64,000 bases of DNA from a candidate division WWE3 bacterium RAAC2_WWE3_1 (lineage in GTDB: Bacteria; Patescibacteriota; WWE3; UBA101185; UBA10185): positions 529,680-593,679 of the forward strand of contig CP006914.1 of the NCBI GenBank assembly GCA_000503835.1, given 5' to 3'. Below are positions 27,756 to 36,843 of the stretch, piece by piece. Under the pieces are notes generated by a model. The model saw only the letters and a program-made list of their open reading frames with translations. It ran no database searches and was not told the DNA's origin. The position numbers and the translations under genes were made by a program. Each line of letters starts with the position of its first letter. The first letter of the stretch is position 1.

Positions 27756-27821
27756 CATTTGAGTACAAAAGTATAATCATTTGAGTACAAAAGTATAATC
27801 ATTTGAGTACAAAAGTAGTAT
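27756..27821. repeat. 3 x 22-bp perfect or near-perfect tandem repeat (tcatttgagtacaaaagtataa) directly 3' of rplL
   Basis: The 22-bp unit occurs three times (third unit ends gtagta instead of gtataa). Each copy ends in the motif aaagta, as does the rplL 3' end. Confidence 0.85.
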
Positions 27822-27845
27822 TCGATTTTATATTCGCGCGAAAAA

Positions 27846-27874
27846 GAAACGCCTCTACGGGGGCGTTTTTTGTT
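27846..27874. terminator. Bidirectional rho-independent terminator between rplL (+) and the GalT-like gene (-)
   Basis: aaagAAACGCCtctacgggGGCGTTTtttgtt. The stem is flanked by an A-run and a T-run, so it can terminate transcripts from both strands. Confidence 0.7.
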
Positions 27875-27896
27875 GTCTAAAATTAGGGGGTGTTCT

Positions 27897-28841
27897 TTAA
27901 ACCAGACTCAAAGTCTCACTTTCGTAACATTTTTTGACGTGAACTGACAACGTTTTTGCGGCATCCGCGGGGGTTGCTTTGTCGCTAACCCAAATTCCCG
28001 CACCCAATTCCAAACCTCCCATCACTTTTATGTGGGCTATGAAACCGACGTGCCAGTGATACGGTTCATATCTTTGATTGTGGATCCAAAAGTTTCTGTC
28101 CGGTCTGCCGAAGAGTACGTCGTACGCGTACAGCGCCGATTTCATAATACGCGCGAAGTCGTTAATTTCGACCTCGTCCATATATTCAAAATTAGGTCTG
28201 TGATTCTTGGGTATCAGTATCATTTCATAGCTCCACCTGCTTGCTTCAGGCACAAGCAGTGCGAAATGTTTTGACTCGTACACAAGATTGGTCTCCATCA
28301 ACCCGTCCTTTACTGCGTCACACCAATAGCAACTGTTCTTTTCGTTCACATACCTTAATGCCTTATTCTTCTCCATCTCGATTATTCCCGGGAAACCGGG
28401 AAGAGCAATAATTTGTGAATGGGGGTGTAATATCGAGGCACCCGCTTTACCCCCGCGATTGTTAAAAACCATGACTTCCTTACCCTGGGACGTATAATAA
28501 TTCGTACGGTTTAAAAACGCCCTGACGATTTTAACGTTCTGTTCGTGGCTAAAATCAGGAATGTCTTTATCGTGATCGGGGCTGTGAACCACAATTTCGT
28601 GAGCGTCTGCCAGAGGAAATTTATTAGGAAAAACCCTGACATTCCACTCGTCAGAGTCCTGATAAACGGCTTCGGGAGTTAAACTTTCGTTTCCTCTGCA
28701 GAAAAAACATACCTGGGGTTTGCTGTCTTTAAAAGGTTCGGATTTGTTGCCCGCCGCACCGGTCTGGTCTACCCTTTTTGCCCTGTTTGTCGCAAGTATG
28801 GTCGGGGTGCCTGTAAGTTCGTCAAAAATAAATTTGGGCAT
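27897..28841 (-). CDS. Galactose-1-phosphate uridylyltransferase-family (GalT-like, HIT superfamily) nucleotidyltransferase
   Basis: It carries the CFFCRGNE zinc motif and FNNRGGKAGASILHPHSQI, which matches the GalT FENRG..MG.S.PHPH.Q active site. It sits directly downstream of glycogen-metabolism genes. Confidence 0.7.
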   Translation of the reverse strand: MPKFIFDELTGTPTILATNRAKRVDQTGAAGNKSEPFKDSKPQVCFFCRGNESLTPEAVYQDSDEWNVRVFPNKFPLADAHEIVVHSPDHDKDIPDFSHEQNVKIVRAFLNRTNYYTSQGKEVMVFNNRGGKAGASILHPHSQIIALPGFPGIIEMEKNKALRYVNEKNSCYWCDAVKDGLMETNLVYESKHFALLVPEASRWSYEMILIPKNHRPNFEYMDEVEINDFARIMKSALYAYDVLFGRPDRNFWIHNQRYEPYHWHVGFIAHIKVMGGLELGAGIWVSDKATPADAAKTLSVHVKKCYESETLSLV

Positions 28842-28848
28842 GGACAGT

Positions 28849-30249
28849 TTAACTTAAAATTCTTTCGTACAACTTCTTATATTCTACCGCACTTTGTTCC
28901 CAGCCGAAATCCTTTTTCATGGAGGCTGGAATCATTTTCTGCATTTTTTCCGTTCTATAAACAGACAAGGCTTCTTTCATAGAAGTTAATAACGCCTGAG
29001 AGGAGTATCTGTTGAAAACAAAACCGGTTTCTCCGTTTTTTACCGTGTCCTTCAATCCGCCTACGTCATGAACAATCGGCAATGTACCGTACCACATAGC
29101 TATCATTTGTATAAGGCCACACGGTTCGTATTTTGATGGTACTACAAGGAAATCACTGCCTGCGTACATTAAGTTTGCAAGTTCGATATCGAACGTAATG
29201 TTGCATGAAAATTTGTCGCTGATTGTTTTATCTTGTGAAAGTTCCGTGAGTTTCTTCTCCCAATTTTTATCTCCGGTTCCCAGCAGAATAAATACCGCAT
29301 CTTGCTTAAGAAGCTCCCGAAGACCTTCAAAAAGAATGTCCAAACCCTTTTGGAACGCGTCAATCCTTCCGATAAATGAAAATACGGGCGTGTCTTTGTA
29401 TTCCGGTGCAATCTTTAGTCTCTCAAGCAGGACTTTTTTAGCTCTCTTTTTTCCTTCCTCTGCAGAATTTATATCGTAACCGCGCGGCTGCGCCGAATAA
29501 TCTATTCCGTTTAGAATTCCGCTCAACCGCCCCTCCCTTGATCTCAGGATATCGTCAAAACCGCTGCCGAACTCCCTGGTTAATATCTCTTTTGCGTACG
29601 ACGGGGACACAGTATTTATATAATCGCTTGAGGTAACGCCCTGCTGCATCATGTTAAGGTCGCCATCGGCAAGATCCCAATCTATTAGCGGGTGTTCACC
29701 CGGAACGATACCTGTGTCCCTTAACAATGCCGGCCCGCCTATACCCTGATAGTTTAGGTTGTGTATCGTAAATAAAGTGCGCGGGCGTTCATTACCTAAT
29801 TCGTCTTTAAGCATTGTCGTGACTAACCCGGTGTGCCAGTCGTTGCAGTGAACTATACCGTACGTATTGAGAGAAGATTTGACATACTCTACGACTGCTT
29901 TGTCAAAAAAGGCGAACATTTGGGTTTCCGTAATGTTATTGGCAAAAAAACTTGAGCCGCCGGCAACAAAATACTCTTCATTCTTCAGAAGATAAAGGTC
30001 GACGTTCGAATTCGGAAGTTTAGTTTTAAAAACCTCTACAACGTTATTTTTATTTGCAAAGGGAACATGAAGATCAAAACTCTTGTACAACTGTAAACCT
30101 TCAGTTTTTGCTGAAGGAAAAAATGGGGCTATAACATCTACGTTTACGGATATTTTTTCTAAAGCTTTTGGAAGGGCGCCGATGACATCTCCCAACCCGC
30201 CTATTTTAATAATCGGCGCTACTTCCGAGGCAGCAAGAAGTACTTTCAT
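28849..30249 (-). CDS. glgA: Glycogen/starch synthase (GT5 family)
   Basis: MKVLLAASEVAPIIKIGGLGDVIGALPKAL contains the K-x-GGL-x-DV motif. The 466-aa length and the C-terminal GT-B domain also fit. Confidence 0.8.
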   Translation of the reverse strand: MKVLLAASEVAPIIKIGGLGDVIGALPKALEKISVNVDVIAPFFPSAKTEGLQLYKSFDLHVPFANKNNVVEVFKTKLPNSNVDLYLLKNEEYFVAGGSSFFANNITETQMFAFFDKAVVEYVKSSLNTYGIVHCNDWHTGLVTTMLKDELGNERPRTLFTIHNLNYQGIGGPALLRDTGIVPGEHPLIDWDLADGDLNMMQQGVTSSDYINTVSPSYAKEILTREFGSGFDDILRSREGRLSGILNGIDYSAQPRGYDINSAEEGKKRAKKVLLERLKIAPEYKDTPVFSFIGRIDAFQKGLDILFEGLRELLKQDAVFILLGTGDKNWEKKLTELSQDKTISDKFSCNITFDIELANLMYAGSDFLVVPSKYEPCGLIQMIAMWYGTLPIVHDVGGLKDTVKNGETGFVFNRYSSQALLTSMKEALSVYRTEKMQKMIPASMKKDFGWEQSAVEYKKLYERILS

Positions 30250-30300
30250 AAAGGTAATGTTAACAGAAATTAAGGGTTGAACAACCCCCGCCGGTAAGTG

Positions 30301-31800
30301 CTAGCCTCTTTGTTCGGGCTGGCCGCCTCGAATCTTATGGTATTTTTCTGTGTATTTATTGAGGATCTTTTCAACCTCCTCGTTTCCTATCTCAAGTCTT
30401 AAAAGGTCTATCGCATTTATCATGTCATATATGTCCAATTTATGCTCAAGTTTGAACAACGCATCTCTCCAAAGTATGGCTTTCTCATATTCCATGTTTT
30501 TTACCGCCCTGGCTTCCTCCTTTTTTATCAGGTGCATGAATCCCTCCCACACACCCCTCTGATGTCCCCCTTTGTCATAAGTTCTTTCTTTGAAAGGGAT
30601 TCTTGTTGCTTCATTTTGTTCTTTCGCCATCTGCCTTACTTTCCCCGTGCGCTGCCATTCAAATGCGGTGGACACTATCAGCTGATAATATTTTTGGGCA
30701 GTGCTTATGTCATTATCTGAAATACCATGAATGTTTTTAACGATATCAAGAAATCTAAAGGCGCCCTGCTCTATCATTTCAAGACTCCACCAGGGCTTGG
30801 CAGATGCCCACCAAAAGTGATCGCTGGACATGGCAACGTCCATTTTATTTTTTAGCTCGTCGTAGTTATCGGAACTTTCCGGTACTTTATAAAACAAATT
30901 CAGAACGAACTTGAAAAAATCCCATTGATATCCATGGATGGGATTGGATATATCAAGCCACGATAAAAATTGAGACCCTCTTTCTATATCCCGAGGACTG
31001 CTGGCCCAGGTAGACTCACGGGGCACGACCGTCTCCGTAGTCAAATCCCTGGAACAGGTGTTTAAAAAGTCACTTATTGACATAGTAGAGTACGGTTTTT
31101 TGGAGTTGAGTATTTCGCCAAGCAGACTTTCCAGTCCGGGTCGGTGATGTCCGAATGTTTCTCCATCCATACCGGTCACTACATAAGTGCGGGGTATTAT
31201 ATCTTTGATGGCAGGGTCCAGGGTTGCCTTGCTTCTTACCACAGCGCTCATGACCAGATTACTTAGCCGCCTGTTTCTGAAAAATACTCCCAAACCGCTG
31301 TCCTTAATACGATAGAGTTTGTCGTCTGACGGAGATGCGATTTCTTTGGCGTAAGCTATTTCGTCAAGTATTAGCCACTTGTAACCCAGCTCCTCCAACA
31401 TACCCGGAAGAATACCGGAGTAAGCCATCTCAGGCGGGAAAAACCCTGCCTTTTTATAAGTATTACCAAAGTAGAAGGACAGCGTCTCTTCATTCTTAAC
31501 TATTTGCCTGTAAACTTCTGTCTCGGGAACCAGAGGTATAAAAGCATGGTACTTACAGGAACCGGTGAGTTCAATCTTTCCTTCCTTCAGCGATTTTTTA
31601 ACCATGCCCAGCAGGTCGTGGTATCCGTTATTGTCCAGCAGTTCTAACAGAGATCCCGAAATATTGATAGATTGACTGCCAAACTTTGATGCATTTATGG
31701 ACTTAAATACGGGTAGGTATGATTGGGAAACCACCGCCTCGAGGATATCTTTTTGCTGATCAGCCGGTTGATAAAAATGAAGAAAGCTTAACCACTTCAC
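30301..31800 (-). CDS. Glycoside hydrolase family 57 protein (alpha-glucan branching enzyme or 4-alpha-glucanotransferase type)
   Basis: The N-terminus MKWLSFLHFYQPADQQ has the LH.YQP motif of GH57, and DGETFGHH is the catalytic-region GH57 signature. Confidence 0.75.
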   Translation of the reverse strand: MKWLSFLHFYQPADQQKDILEAVVSQSYLPVFKSINASKFGSQSINISGSLLELLDNNGYHDLLGMVKKSLKEGKIELTGSCKYHAFIPLVPETEVYRQIVKNEETLSFYFGNTYKKAGFFPPEMAYSGILPGMLEELGYKWLILDEIAYAKEIASPSDDKLYRIKDSGLGVFFRNRRLSNLVMSAVVRSKATLDPAIKDIIPRTYVVTGMDGETFGHHRPGLESLLGEILNSKKPYSTMSISDFLNTCSRDLTTETVVPRESTWASSPRDIERGSQFLSWLDISNPIHGYQWDFFKFVLNLFYKVPESSDNYDELKNKMDVAMSSDHFWWASAKPWWSLEMIEQGAFRFLDIVKNIHGISDNDISTAQKYYQLIVSTAFEWQRTGKVRQMAKEQNEATRIPFKERTYDKGGHQRGVWEGFMHLIKKEEARAVKNMEYEKAILWRDALFKLEHKLDIYDMINAIDLLRLEIGNEEVEKILNKYTEKYHKIRGGQPEQRG

Positions 31801-31801
31801 T

Positions 31802-33139
31802 CTACGATTCTAGCATAGATGAAATGTTCCGCACCAATGTGAGAGTCTTATCTTTTATCTTGCCTTCCGGCATACTGTTTGCAGCATCTGTAACGTAGGC
31901 CAGAGATCTTTCTATCATACCCCTGTGAAAAAGCATGGGGTTCCCGAGTATCGATTTCTTTGAGGACCACCAATATTTATCGCTATGCTCGAATTTCATT
32001 ATCCAGAACAATCGTCTCAAGTATTCTTTGGTTTCTTCGGAAGTATCTGTCATACTTTCGTAAAACCACAGAGGTTGCGCAGTCGTATCGTGATCCCCAT
32101 CGTTGCCCGGGATCCGCACCTGATTCTCACCCAGGAGCTTTTCTAAAACGTCGAGATTTTTCTGTATCTCATTCCCGGACCAATACGGGTAAGCATTACC
32201 TACGGACATGTCTTCATAACTTGCCCCCCACGTGGACTCAATAATCTCATCGATTTTTTTAGTGCGCATTTCGGGGAGCAGATGATAGACACTGACAAAA
32301 CTGCCACCTTTTTCTGAAACTACGTTTATGATATCCTCCAGCATGTCTATCCCTTCCGGATTGTGATGACCGAAAGTCTCACCATCAAGAGCTATGACCT
32401 GTGAAACACCACCTGCAAAAATAGAGTTGACTAAAGTATCTACCGAAGAGCCTCTGTAAAAAGAGAGCATGTCGCTGAGACTTTTGTTGCGGGCCACAAT
32501 CTTTATATCCAAATCCCCAAGCGTGTCATACACCGGTTCATATCCATCGTATGACAAATTAGGAATTGCTGTCTGATCTACGAGTATCCAATTGTAGCCT
32601 AGTCCGTTTACAAGCGAGATAACCTCGGCGTTCACGGCACATTCAGGAGCAAAGAACCCCCCGATGTTCTTCGTCATAACCGCAGCCTCTCCTTCAAATC
32701 CTGTTCTGCTTCCAAAATAATATCCCAAAGCGTATTCGTTCAGAACAATTTGTTTTTCTGCTGACTCCTCCGATAGTTTGGTAAGTAAAGGGTGATATGC
32801 CGCAGTACCCGTCAGCTCTATACGCTCGGAGGCGTAAAGATCCTTTACGTCGGATATCCAGCTTCCGTAACCGTATTTGTCCGCCTGCTCAAGCAGGCTC
32901 AAGGGTATATTTAATGTAAGTGAGACGTTTTTCTTGGCTTTTATAAGTTTTATCAAAGGTAGGTAGCATTGGGAAAATATCTTGCGGGTCACCGCTTCGT
33001 CCTGTGTAGGTGGTTGGTATAAGTGTAAAACCAGGGCTATCTTCACCCGCGTATTATGAGATAAAAGGAGGGTGTTTGTCAAAGATTTCTTTGAGAGCAC
33101 CCCGGAACAACTAACAGACAAATGTTCATACTCGTGCAA
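31802..33139 (-). CDS. Second glycoside hydrolase family 57 protein
   Basis: IALVLHLYQPPTQDE and ALDGETFGHHNPEG are present. The first ~30 aa of the ORF are not GH57-like, so the true start may be an internal non-ATG codon. It lies 1 bp from the downstream GH57 gene. Confidence 0.7.
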   Translation of the reverse strand: MHEYEHLSVSCSGVLSKKSLTNTLLLSHNTRVKIALVLHLYQPPTQDEAVTRKIFSQCYLPLIKLIKAKKNVSLTLNIPLSLLEQADKYGYGSWISDVKDLYASERIELTGTAAYHPLLTKLSEESAEKQIVLNEYALGYYFGSRTGFEGEAAVMTKNIGGFFAPECAVNAEVISLVNGLGYNWILVDQTAIPNLSYDGYEPVYDTLGDLDIKIVARNKSLSDMLSFYRGSSVDTLVNSIFAGGVSQVIALDGETFGHHNPEGIDMLEDIINVVSEKGGSFVSVYHLLPEMRTKKIDEIIESTWGASYEDMSVGNAYPYWSGNEIQKNLDVLEKLLGENQVRIPGNDGDHDTTAQPLWFYESMTDTSEETKEYLRRLFWIMKFEHSDKYWWSSKKSILGNPMLFHRGMIERSLAYVTDAANSMPEGKIKDKTLTLVRNISSMLES

Positions 33140-33253
33140 AAATTAAAGGGTACGATCCGGGAGGGACGGCTTCTTATACTCCTGCCCACAGCATAAGAAA
33201 CTTTAGTGTCCCCCTCGGGTCGCACCCGTTAATGCCGAAATCCTATCAAAAAG

Positions 33254-34813
33254 TTATAGGTTTGTCAAACCTTCCAAGGCCGAGAAGGAGCGGTGTGGGT
33301 TTTCATGAAAATTTTTAGTTGTTTCATAGAGTTTTGAATATTCCCGTGCGCTAAACTCCCAGCTGTAATCGGCCCGCATTGCGTTTGTCTGAAGACTACG
33401 CCATAACTTGGCGTTCTTGTAGAGCTCTGCCGCTCTTATAATCTTACCGAACAATGAAAACTCGTCGAACTCGTTAAACAAAAACCCAGTACCGGTTTGT
33501 TTTATTGTGTCGAAATTCTCGACAGTATCTGCCAAACCACCAACATTTCTGACAATCGGAATTGCTCCGTACCGCATAGCTTCGATTTGAACAATACCGC
33601 ACGGTTCAAAACGGGACGGGTACAAGATACAATCTGCCCCGCCGAATACGAGCCTGGGTAATGTAAAATTAGGATAAGGATGTATGCCAACCTGTGTCGG
33701 GAACTCATTTTTCAGGTTATTAAGACGTTCTGTCAGAGACCAGTCTCCCGCGCCAACCTCCACAAACTGCACGTCATACTCTTTCAAGACATGGTGCATA
33801 ACAGTAGTTAATAAATCAACACCTTTCATAAAATCCAAACGTCCCACGAAGGCGAAAACCATTTTTTCCGAGGAAACGGGCAAATCAAATTCTTTTTGTA
33901 GTGCTTTCTTATTTTCTGACCTAAGTTCAATATTATTAACGTCAAAATTCTTATGCAACAACTTATCGGTTGCCGGATCAAATTCGTCATAATCGATACC
34001 GTTCACAATTCCGAACAATTTACCTTTAAGTTCGGAAAGCAGCTTATCCAGCCCCTCTCCGAATTCAGGTGTTAGTATTTCCTTGGAATATGTTCTGGAT
34101 ACCGTGTTAACTGCGTCGGCAAATATTATTCCCCTCCTCATATAGTTAAGGGTGTTCACTCTATCAGAGAATATCGAACCTATGACAGATTTACCGTCAT
34201 CAAAATTCATTTCTGAAACGTGTCTGTGGTCAAAGATACCCTGATATGCCAGATTATGAATAGTCAGCAGAGACGAGATATTTTTGAGCACGGGATCGTT
34301 CTTGTAAAGGGTTTTTATGTAAAATGGGATAGACGCGGCATGCCAATCGTTGCAATGTATGACATCGGGAACAAATCCTCCGCGTCTCACGAACTCCAGT
34401 GCGCCTCTCGATAGTAATAAAAAACGGGTGGGGTCGTCGGAATAACCGTACACATTAGCTCTCTTCTCGAAATACTCCTGATTTTCTAAAAAGAATATTT
34501 TCACGCCGGAACCATTTTCATAGTATTTCACGTTACACACGAGCTCGGGATTTATCGCATCATCGGTCGGGACAGCTAATCCTTCCATGGCCATTTTCAT
34601 AGGATATTTTTGTTCGTCTATCAGACCGAATTTAGGAATGAACACAGCTACTTCGTAACCGAGACCTGTCAATGCTCCGGATAAATGCCCGATAACAGAT
34701 CCTGCGCCTCCTACCGAAACGTAGGGCTGGGCTTCAGTGGCTACCAACAATATCTTGTGAACTTTCGGAGATTTTTTATCGGCCATATTACTAGATGATA
34801 CACGCACACCCAT
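33254..34813 (-). CDS. Glycogen-synthase-like GT-B glycosyltransferase (GT5/GT4-like)
   Basis: KILLVATEAQPYVSVGGAGSVIGHLSGAL parallels the GlgA N-terminal motif. The 519-aa length fits. An alternative start is the MADKK Met at 34786. Confidence 0.65.
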   Translation of the reverse strand: MGVRVSSSNMADKKSPKVHKILLVATEAQPYVSVGGAGSVIGHLSGALTGLGYEVAVFIPKFGLIDEQKYPMKMAMEGLAVPTDDAINPELVCNVKYYENGSGVKIFFLENQEYFEKRANVYGYSDDPTRFLLLSRGALEFVRRGGFVPDVIHCNDWHAASIPFYIKTLYKNDPVLKNISSLLTIHNLAYQGIFDHRHVSEMNFDDGKSVIGSIFSDRVNTLNYMRRGIIFADAVNTVSRTYSKEILTPEFGEGLDKLLSELKGKLFGIVNGIDYDEFDPATDKLLHKNFDVNNIELRSENKKALQKEFDLPVSSEKMVFAFVGRLDFMKGVDLLTTVMHHVLKEYDVQFVEVGAGDWSLTERLNNLKNEFPTQVGIHPYPNFTLPRLVFGGADCILYPSRFEPCGIVQIEAMRYGAIPIVRNVGGLADTVENFDTIKQTGTGFLFNEFDEFSLFGKIIRAAELYKNAKLWRSLQTNAMRADYSWEFSAREYSKLYETTKNFHENPHRSFSALEGLTNL

Positions 34814-34883
34814 CTTTGGGCAAATATCCCGCCCGGGGTGTGCGCGCCAATGTCTATTAAATTCGTTATCCTACCGTACAGCC

Positions 34884-35792
34884 TTAAAGAATAGACTCGG
34901 CTTCCTCTATTAAGTCGGCGTCACCGTGCTTTCTTATATCGGCTAACAGTCTTCCCTTATCAGCGACGAATAATCCATGGAGCTCCTCACTGGAAGCGTA
35001 AAGGTCTTTGTCATCGTTGGTCATGATGCAGAGCTGAGCATTGTTTTCGTCGGAAGGTGTGAGCATCAAAATCCTCTCAAAGAAATCCTTGTCTTTGGAT
35101 CTGACGTACACATGGAGCAGGGAGAAAGGTTTTATGGCCTTAAACAGGGACAGTCCCGCATTCATTGTAAATGCATAATCAAGTCCGGAATTCCTCGAGG
35201 ATTTATCTATGTTCTGAGCAATATCTTTAAGCCCTCCTAGTCTGCTCCTGTAAAAGAACAGCGGGTTTTTAGGCGCCACCGGTTCCTGCTCGGTTATACT
35301 GGCAAATGTCTCTTTTTCTTCTGCCACGGCAGGCTTAGATGAAGCTTCTACCCTTTTTGCGTTCTCCTCGTCGAATTTTTTTGCTGCCTCTCTGAACTTG
35401 GCCAACCAATCTATCGGTTCTTCCTCCGCCGGAACTTCTTTTTCCTTTGGTGCGGGTTCTTCAACCGCAGGTGTTTCCGGTTCTATCGGCGTCTCTTCAC
35501 CAACTTCTTCTGCTTCTTCAACGGGCTCCTCAACTTTTTCTTTTTTCTTTGTTTCCTTTACTTCTGGTTTAATAGTCTCTTTAGGCAACGGTTGTCCTGC
35601 TTTTTCTTCTGCACCTCCGGGATACAAAAAGTCCAGGATATTTTTCTTAGTAAATCTATGACGACCTGTTGCAGTTTTTACCTCTGCCTGTAATTTGTCC
35701 TCTTCGATATACCTATAAACAGAGCGGAGACTAACACCCAAAATATCTGCCACTTCAGTAGACGTATAAAGTTTATCTTCAAGATTTATCAT
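34884..35792 (-). CDS. Cytoplasmic DNA-binding protein: MerR/excisionase-type HTH, an acidic E/P/K-rich linker and a C-terminal domain of unknown function
   Basis: The start MINLEDKLYTSTEVADILGVSLRSVYRYIEEDKLQAEVKTATGRHRFTKKNILDFL is an HTH_17/MerR-type motif. The ORF-track start at 35846 adds 18 aa upstream of it. A long EEPVEEAEEVGEETPIEPETPAVEEPAPKEKE linker follows, and no TM segment is present. Confidence 0.6.
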   Translation of the reverse strand: MINLEDKLYTSTEVADILGVSLRSVYRYIEEDKLQAEVKTATGRHRFTKKNILDFLYPGGAEEKAGQPLPKETIKPEVKETKKKEKVEEPVEEAEEVGEETPIEPETPAVEEPAPKEKEVPAEEEPIDWLAKFREAAKKFDEENAKRVEASSKPAVAEEKETFASITEQEPVAPKNPLFFYRSRLGGLKDIAQNIDKSSRNSGLDYAFTMNAGLSLFKAIKPFSLLHVYVRSKDKDFFERILMLTPSDENNAQLCIMTNDDKDLYASSEELHGLFVADKGRLLADIRKHGDADLIEEAESIL

Positions 35793-35880
35793 AATTAAAT
35801 GTAAACACTTGTTATATAAGGTGTCAACAGATGAATGTTGTTGCAATAGTGATTCCTATATGCACAAAAGCTTGGGGATT

Positions 35881-36804
35881 TTATTTAAGGGCGCTTAAAA
35901 ACACTCTGATCGGGAATAAAGGAAAGGCTGTGACAATACGAGATAAACGCCACGGTTGAGTACACAAACGAAACAACCACTCCAGGTTAAATTGAGTAAT
36001 CTTGTCATTCGGTTTCTTACTAACACCTGACAAATAGTCGAAAGTTCCGCCGACTCCGACACCCACCCGACACGAAATCCGGTCCAAATTTCTCCTAATC
36101 CAAGCCTCTTGTTTCTTATGTCCGTACCCCACCAAAATAAAATCCAAAACTTCAACACCTGTCCTACGCATACACTCTTTAATGTATTCGACAGTACGTT
36201 CGTCATCTTCTTCTCTATAAGAAAATGAGGACGACGCGCCGATAATATTTACGCGCGGGTAATCTTTTCTTATTTTTTCAGCGGCCTGACCCGCGACATC
36301 CATTGATCCGGATTCCAAGGGCTTTCCTCGCCAGTCTCTTACCATGCCGCCCAGCAAAAAAACGGAGTACCCTTTATCGGACGAGAGCTTAAAAATCTCC
36401 TCACTCAAACGGACCCCGGTAACTTTAGGGGCAAACTTCATAGATTTACCGAAGGATCCTATGGCTGTTTCCAGACCTGCTTCCAAACCTGCCAAAAACC
36501 CGGCCGTACCCTTCTTCCCGATTCCCGACATTTTCTTTAAATAGTAATCGGCCATCACAACTCCCGCTCCGTCAGGTAACGACATATCGGCGTTATTTAT
36601 CATATCCCTGAATTCGGGATCGTTCTGAGCCGACATAATGAACTCGGGATTTGTTGTACAGATATAATGAGAACCGCTCTTAAGCAGAACGGTCTCTATT
36701 TCCTTCATAACACAAGCAATATTACAATCCATATCCACGTTCACACCCAATATGTCTACCCGTCTTCCGCATGTCATATAAGAGTAATTATACATGTGCG
36801 GCAT
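35881..36804 (-). CDS. WecB/TagA/CpsF-family glycosyltransferase (GT26)
   Basis: The protein shows VDILGVNVD, TTNPEFIM, LPDGAGVV and C-terminal NLEWLFRL..QPWRL motifs, typical of N-acetylmannosaminyl- or glucosyltransferases acting on wall polymers. A possible start is the MTCGRR Met at 36777. Confidence 0.7.
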   Translation of the reverse strand: MPHMYNYSYMTCGRRVDILGVNVDMDCNIACVMKEIETVLLKSGSHYICTTNPEFIMSAQNDPEFRDMINNADMSLPDGAGVVMADYYLKKMSGIGKKGTAGFLAGLEAGLETAIGSFGKSMKFAPKVTGVRLSEEIFKLSSDKGYSVFLLGGMVRDWRGKPLESGSMDVAGQAAEKIRKDYPRVNIIGASSSFSYREEDDERTVEYIKECMRRTGVEVLDFILVGYGHKKQEAWIRRNLDRISCRVGVGVGGTFDYLSGVSKKPNDKITQFNLEWLFRLCTQPWRLSRIVTAFPLFPIRVFLSALK

Positions 36805-36843
36805 TCGGGCCGGAAACTATGCGACGGGATATACCCCCATGAG

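Noticed and set aside
27295-27780. The 161-aa ORF antisense to rplL, and the small ORFs at 26513-26797 and 26847-27044.
   Set aside because: They overlap or oppose the highly conserved rplJ and rplL and their leader. They have a low-complexity Ala/Ser composition typical of the antisense strand of an Ala/Glu/Lys-rich gene.
36667-36843. The ORF-track 5' extension of the PEGA-domain gene, which overlaps the GT26 gene by 138 nt, and similar extensions at 38697 (Trx), 26656 (rplJ), 27248 (rplL) and 63589 (galE).
   Set aside because: The extensions lack an RBS, overlap neighbouring genes on the opposite strand or in the same frame, and precede canonical conserved N-termini. The starts were moved to the first plausible Met.
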